Shown in pieces: positions 61,110 to 64,000 of a stretch of DNA of 64,000 bases. How positions within the stretch are numbered: position 1 is the stretch's first letter; each line of letters begins with the position of its first letter. Below the pieces are notes generated by a model. It had not been told where the DNA came from, ran no database searches, and saw nothing but the letters and a program-made list of their open reading frames with translations. The stretch comes from Botryllus schlosseri (lineage: Eukaryota), in NCBI GenBank assembly GCA_051294905.1, contig CM119373.1:30070001-30134000 (forward strand). The letters run 5' to 3'. A program made the position numbers and the translations under genes.

Positions 61110-61768
61110 TGTCTCGGTCTAACAATTCATCTCCCTCTGGACGAAACCTTCTGCGCCATGGAAGATGAGAATCACCATGTGCAAGAGTCCCCTTTGACGC
61201 AACTAGGTATTGGCATGGTGTCACAGTTTGTTTTAGATTATCAACATTTGGCATGCTTGGGCGTTGTACGTAAAATGCTGTACTACTGGGTATTTCCACC
61301 TGGTCCATTTCCAGAAGATATCAAATACTCTGTTGACTTTAAGGCCACATCTATCAAAAGAATTCTCTCGAAAGCCAAGATCCCTCCTTGAAGCCAAGTT
61401 ATGGAAAGAAAGCTACTGAATTCCGCCAATTCCTCCTCTATACTGGCCCAGTTTGCCTTCGTGGAATTTTAAAGATGAAAATATACAAAAAATTCCTGCT
61501 TTTGTCAACTTGCATCAGATGCCTGTTACATGATGACATGTATGGTTTGGAATATGACTACTTAGAGCAACTACTCAAGATTTTTGTTGAAGAATTTTCA
61601 ACCATATATGGAAAACAGTCTTTAGTTTATAACGTGCACAGCTTAATCCATCTTGTTGCAGATGCTAAGCGCTATGGCTCATTACAAAATATCTCGTGCT
61701 TTCCTTTTGAGTCCATGCTAGGAAAATTGAAGCGCTTAGTTCGGAGCAGAGCTGGATCAATTACATAA
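61110..61768 (+). pseudogene. CACTA/EnSpm (CMC) transposase fragment
   Basis: LDYQHLACLGVVRKM, KATEFRQFLLYTGPVCL, NVHSLIHLVADAKRYGSL..SCFPFESMLGKLKRLVRS. Confidence 0.85.
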
Positions 61769-61925
61769 TTTCAGTTCAATTATAATTACAATTACAATCA
61801 CTTTCATGCATGTTTCAATTACAATTACTCCTTGCATGCTTCAATTACATTACAATTACAATTGCTGCTGTTGAACATGTAATTGAATAATCATAAATTC
61901 AACCGTGCTCCTTGACAACCGTAGC
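61765..61925. repeat. (CAATTA)n-rich low-complexity segment, probably a MITE end
   Basis: More than 10 CAATTA/AATTAC motifs, truncating the EnSpm frame. Confidence 0.5.
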
Positions 61926-62151
61926 GTCGTATTTAACAACAATTCAAGTTCAGATTGTGTAGTAATAAATGCCTTTATGTGCGTACATAGTATGCTATGT
62001 AAGATGTCATGGTGACGTAATATAAGTGTGTTTTGTATGCTCGGTCGAAATGTAAAATGTTATTACATAATTTCCTGTGGGTTCGGATTAAGGATAGGGT
62101 GCAGTATGTCGTTAAAAAGGTATTATAATATATGTACGTGTTGGATTTTAG

Positions 62152-63114
62152 TAGGGGAGATGTGGTACCGATGGATCAAAAATCGGAAAATGATCGCTGG
62201 CCCTGAAATGTTCAGTCGAAAATAGCAGATCTTTTGCTGGCTCAGCACTTTGATACAAGCTCTACCTATCGCGCACATATACTTGAATATCCGTCTTTTC
62301 AAAAAATATTTATGGACGTTCAAAATTTGTTGCTCGAACGTGTCATCGGTCCCCACCCGGTGGGTCCAATGACACACGACCCGGGGACCTATGACACATA
62401 TACCCTAAAAACTCAAATGTGACTACTTTTCTTGCTTAGTATTATAATTTAAGCTACAGCAAGCCAAAGAAGAATGTTTGGTCGCAACTGCCAAGAACTA
62501 GAATAAATATTAACTCAAATGTTGTCATAAAATCACGTTTCGATTTAGGATCGGACTTATAAATTTGAGGGTACATACATATTTTCCGAAAACTGACAGT
62601 CTGACTTCCAAATACCTCGTTATAGCGATAAAACATCATATGCAATTATTACATAAAGATTTTCTGTACGCAGGCATGTTTCATTTGTTTCATGATTAGT
62701 ATGCTTTATTATTTTGCTTGATTTGGCTATTGTATCATCGGTCCCCACCCTAGGAATTTTATACAGGAATCGAAAAAAGTCCACTCAAAGAAAGTACTGA
62801 AAAAGTAATAGGTGCCATTATATAGCCTGATACAAGCCCTACACTTTACAATAAAAATGATTGCTGGTTTGTTCGTGTTGAAGGTTACAAAGAAAAATGT
62901 ATATGTCGATCTAATTTTAGTTTACACCCCCTAAAACAAAAATCATCTGTGAGAGACCCCATTGCTCGCGCACGTCGAATTTTTTTGCATGTGAGGAAAG
63001 ATTTTGCCAGCATGCAATTGTAGACAAGTTCCCGGAGTGTAATCATGGAATTATCATAGAGAATTTTCAAAGTATTTTCGGTCCCAGTGATCCATCGGTA
63101 CCACATCTCCCCTA
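62152..63114. mobile_element. TA-target pogo/Tc1-mariner-like MITE (about 960 bp)
   Basis: Perfect terminal inverted repeat TAGGGGAGATGTGGTACCGATGGATCA / TGATCCATCGGTACCACATCTCCCCTA (including TA), with internal TCATCGGTCCCCACCC repeats. Confidence 0.9.
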
Positions 63115-63285
63115 TATAGTATATAATTAAAGAAATAATATAATTTTTATCGAGGGACGTAGGAATTAGGATGAGGAGTAAAAACAAAACCGTGCCTATT
63201 CAGATAAGACGTTATATAATATCCAGTGGTCTGGTTAGTTAGCCAGACGAAGTAACGATGCAGCATCGTGATCTGAAATCGTATT

Positions 63286-63820
63286 GTAGATTGCCAACCC
63301 ACGGATAGATGCGCAAGATGTGAGTCACGGATGAATGCACCGACAAAAGTACTGCAGAGCCGGCTTAAAGCAGCAAACTTTGTACTCCTAGAGCTGGCGA
63401 TCCAAGCGTCCAAATTTGATGCATCTGGTCTTTATCGTAAGCTATTGATGCACTAATTCCGAAAATACAAATTAAAATCTCGTCAGGGCAATGTAACTGC
63501 TCCAAAATAGCCGTTTAAGGCCGACTGTTCTGAAAAGTGAGAGCGCTGCAGCAGCATGACCACAACAATGACCAATTACGCCCAGCGATTTTTCGGAACG
63601 ATGCCGATTCCCAGACCTTCACGACTATTTTGTTATGGTACCATTGCCTGGAAATATGCGACACTAGCTTTCGATTAGGACCATACATATCAAACTTCGA
63701 CGCTTGGATCGCCAGCTATTGGACTATCAATTCTGCTGCTTTTAGCCGGCTCAGCAGTTCGCTCGGCGTATTCAATCGTGAGTCACGTGTTGCGAATCCA
63801 TCCGTTGATTAGTAATCTAA
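63286..63820. repeat. Diverged inverted repeat (about 140-bp arms)
   Basis: The reverse complement of 63286-63435 aligns with 63678-63820 (shared GACGCTTGGATCGCCAGCT and AGCCGGCTC). Confidence 0.7.
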
Positions 63821-63926
63821 ATATTGTATTCAATGCCAGCCGAGGCCAACATTGCGGTAAAAAAAACTTCGCCCGCAAGGGCGCAGTCAAGGGCTTCCAC
63901 CATGATAAAGATGCTATATCAGCCGG

Positions 63927-64000
63927 TAGGGCTGGGCAAAATCGAGTACCCGAGTGATTCGATTCTGAATCACGTAATATGCTTCGAGTCGAGTCGAGTA
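63927..64000. mobile_element. hAT-like MITE left end, running off the window
   Basis: TAGGGCTGGGC start, CGAGT repeats, and sequence shared with 28003-28100. Confidence 0.55.

Overview
This window is metazoan (AT-rich, probably invertebrate) genomic DNA made almost entirely of nested and decayed transposable elements. I found no intact host gene, rRNA, CRISPR array or prokaryotic feature. Well-supported elements: (1) a full-length, frameshifted L1/Tx1-clade LINE (40339-45889) bounded by a perfect 17-bp TSD; (2) a complete miniature non-coding LTR retroelement (48838-50475) with two LTRs, PBS, PPT and a 4-bp TSD; (3) two related Helitron-like Rep/HUH-Pif1 elements on the minus strand (24808-26774 and 55155-58667) with an unusually compact Rep domain, and a predicted intron in the longer copy; (4) BEL/Pao pol fragments with a PPT and LTR; (5) Harbinger (Myb + DDE), CACTA/EnSpm, hAT, L1/Tx1, L2/CR1, Gypsy and Penelope relics; (6) many hAT and TA-target MITEs, several with perfect TSDs; (7) two tRNA-derived SINEs and a CCA-tailed tRNA-Leu 3' half. 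Unexplained accessory material: two decayed C2H2 zinc-finger arrays, a chromodomain-like fragment, a hierarchical G/T-skewed repeat array, and a dense run of short Cys-rich ORFs (about 30.9-38.5 kb) that may be cargo of a decayed large DNA element or endogenous virus. All calls come from motif recognition and manual alignment; no database search was run.
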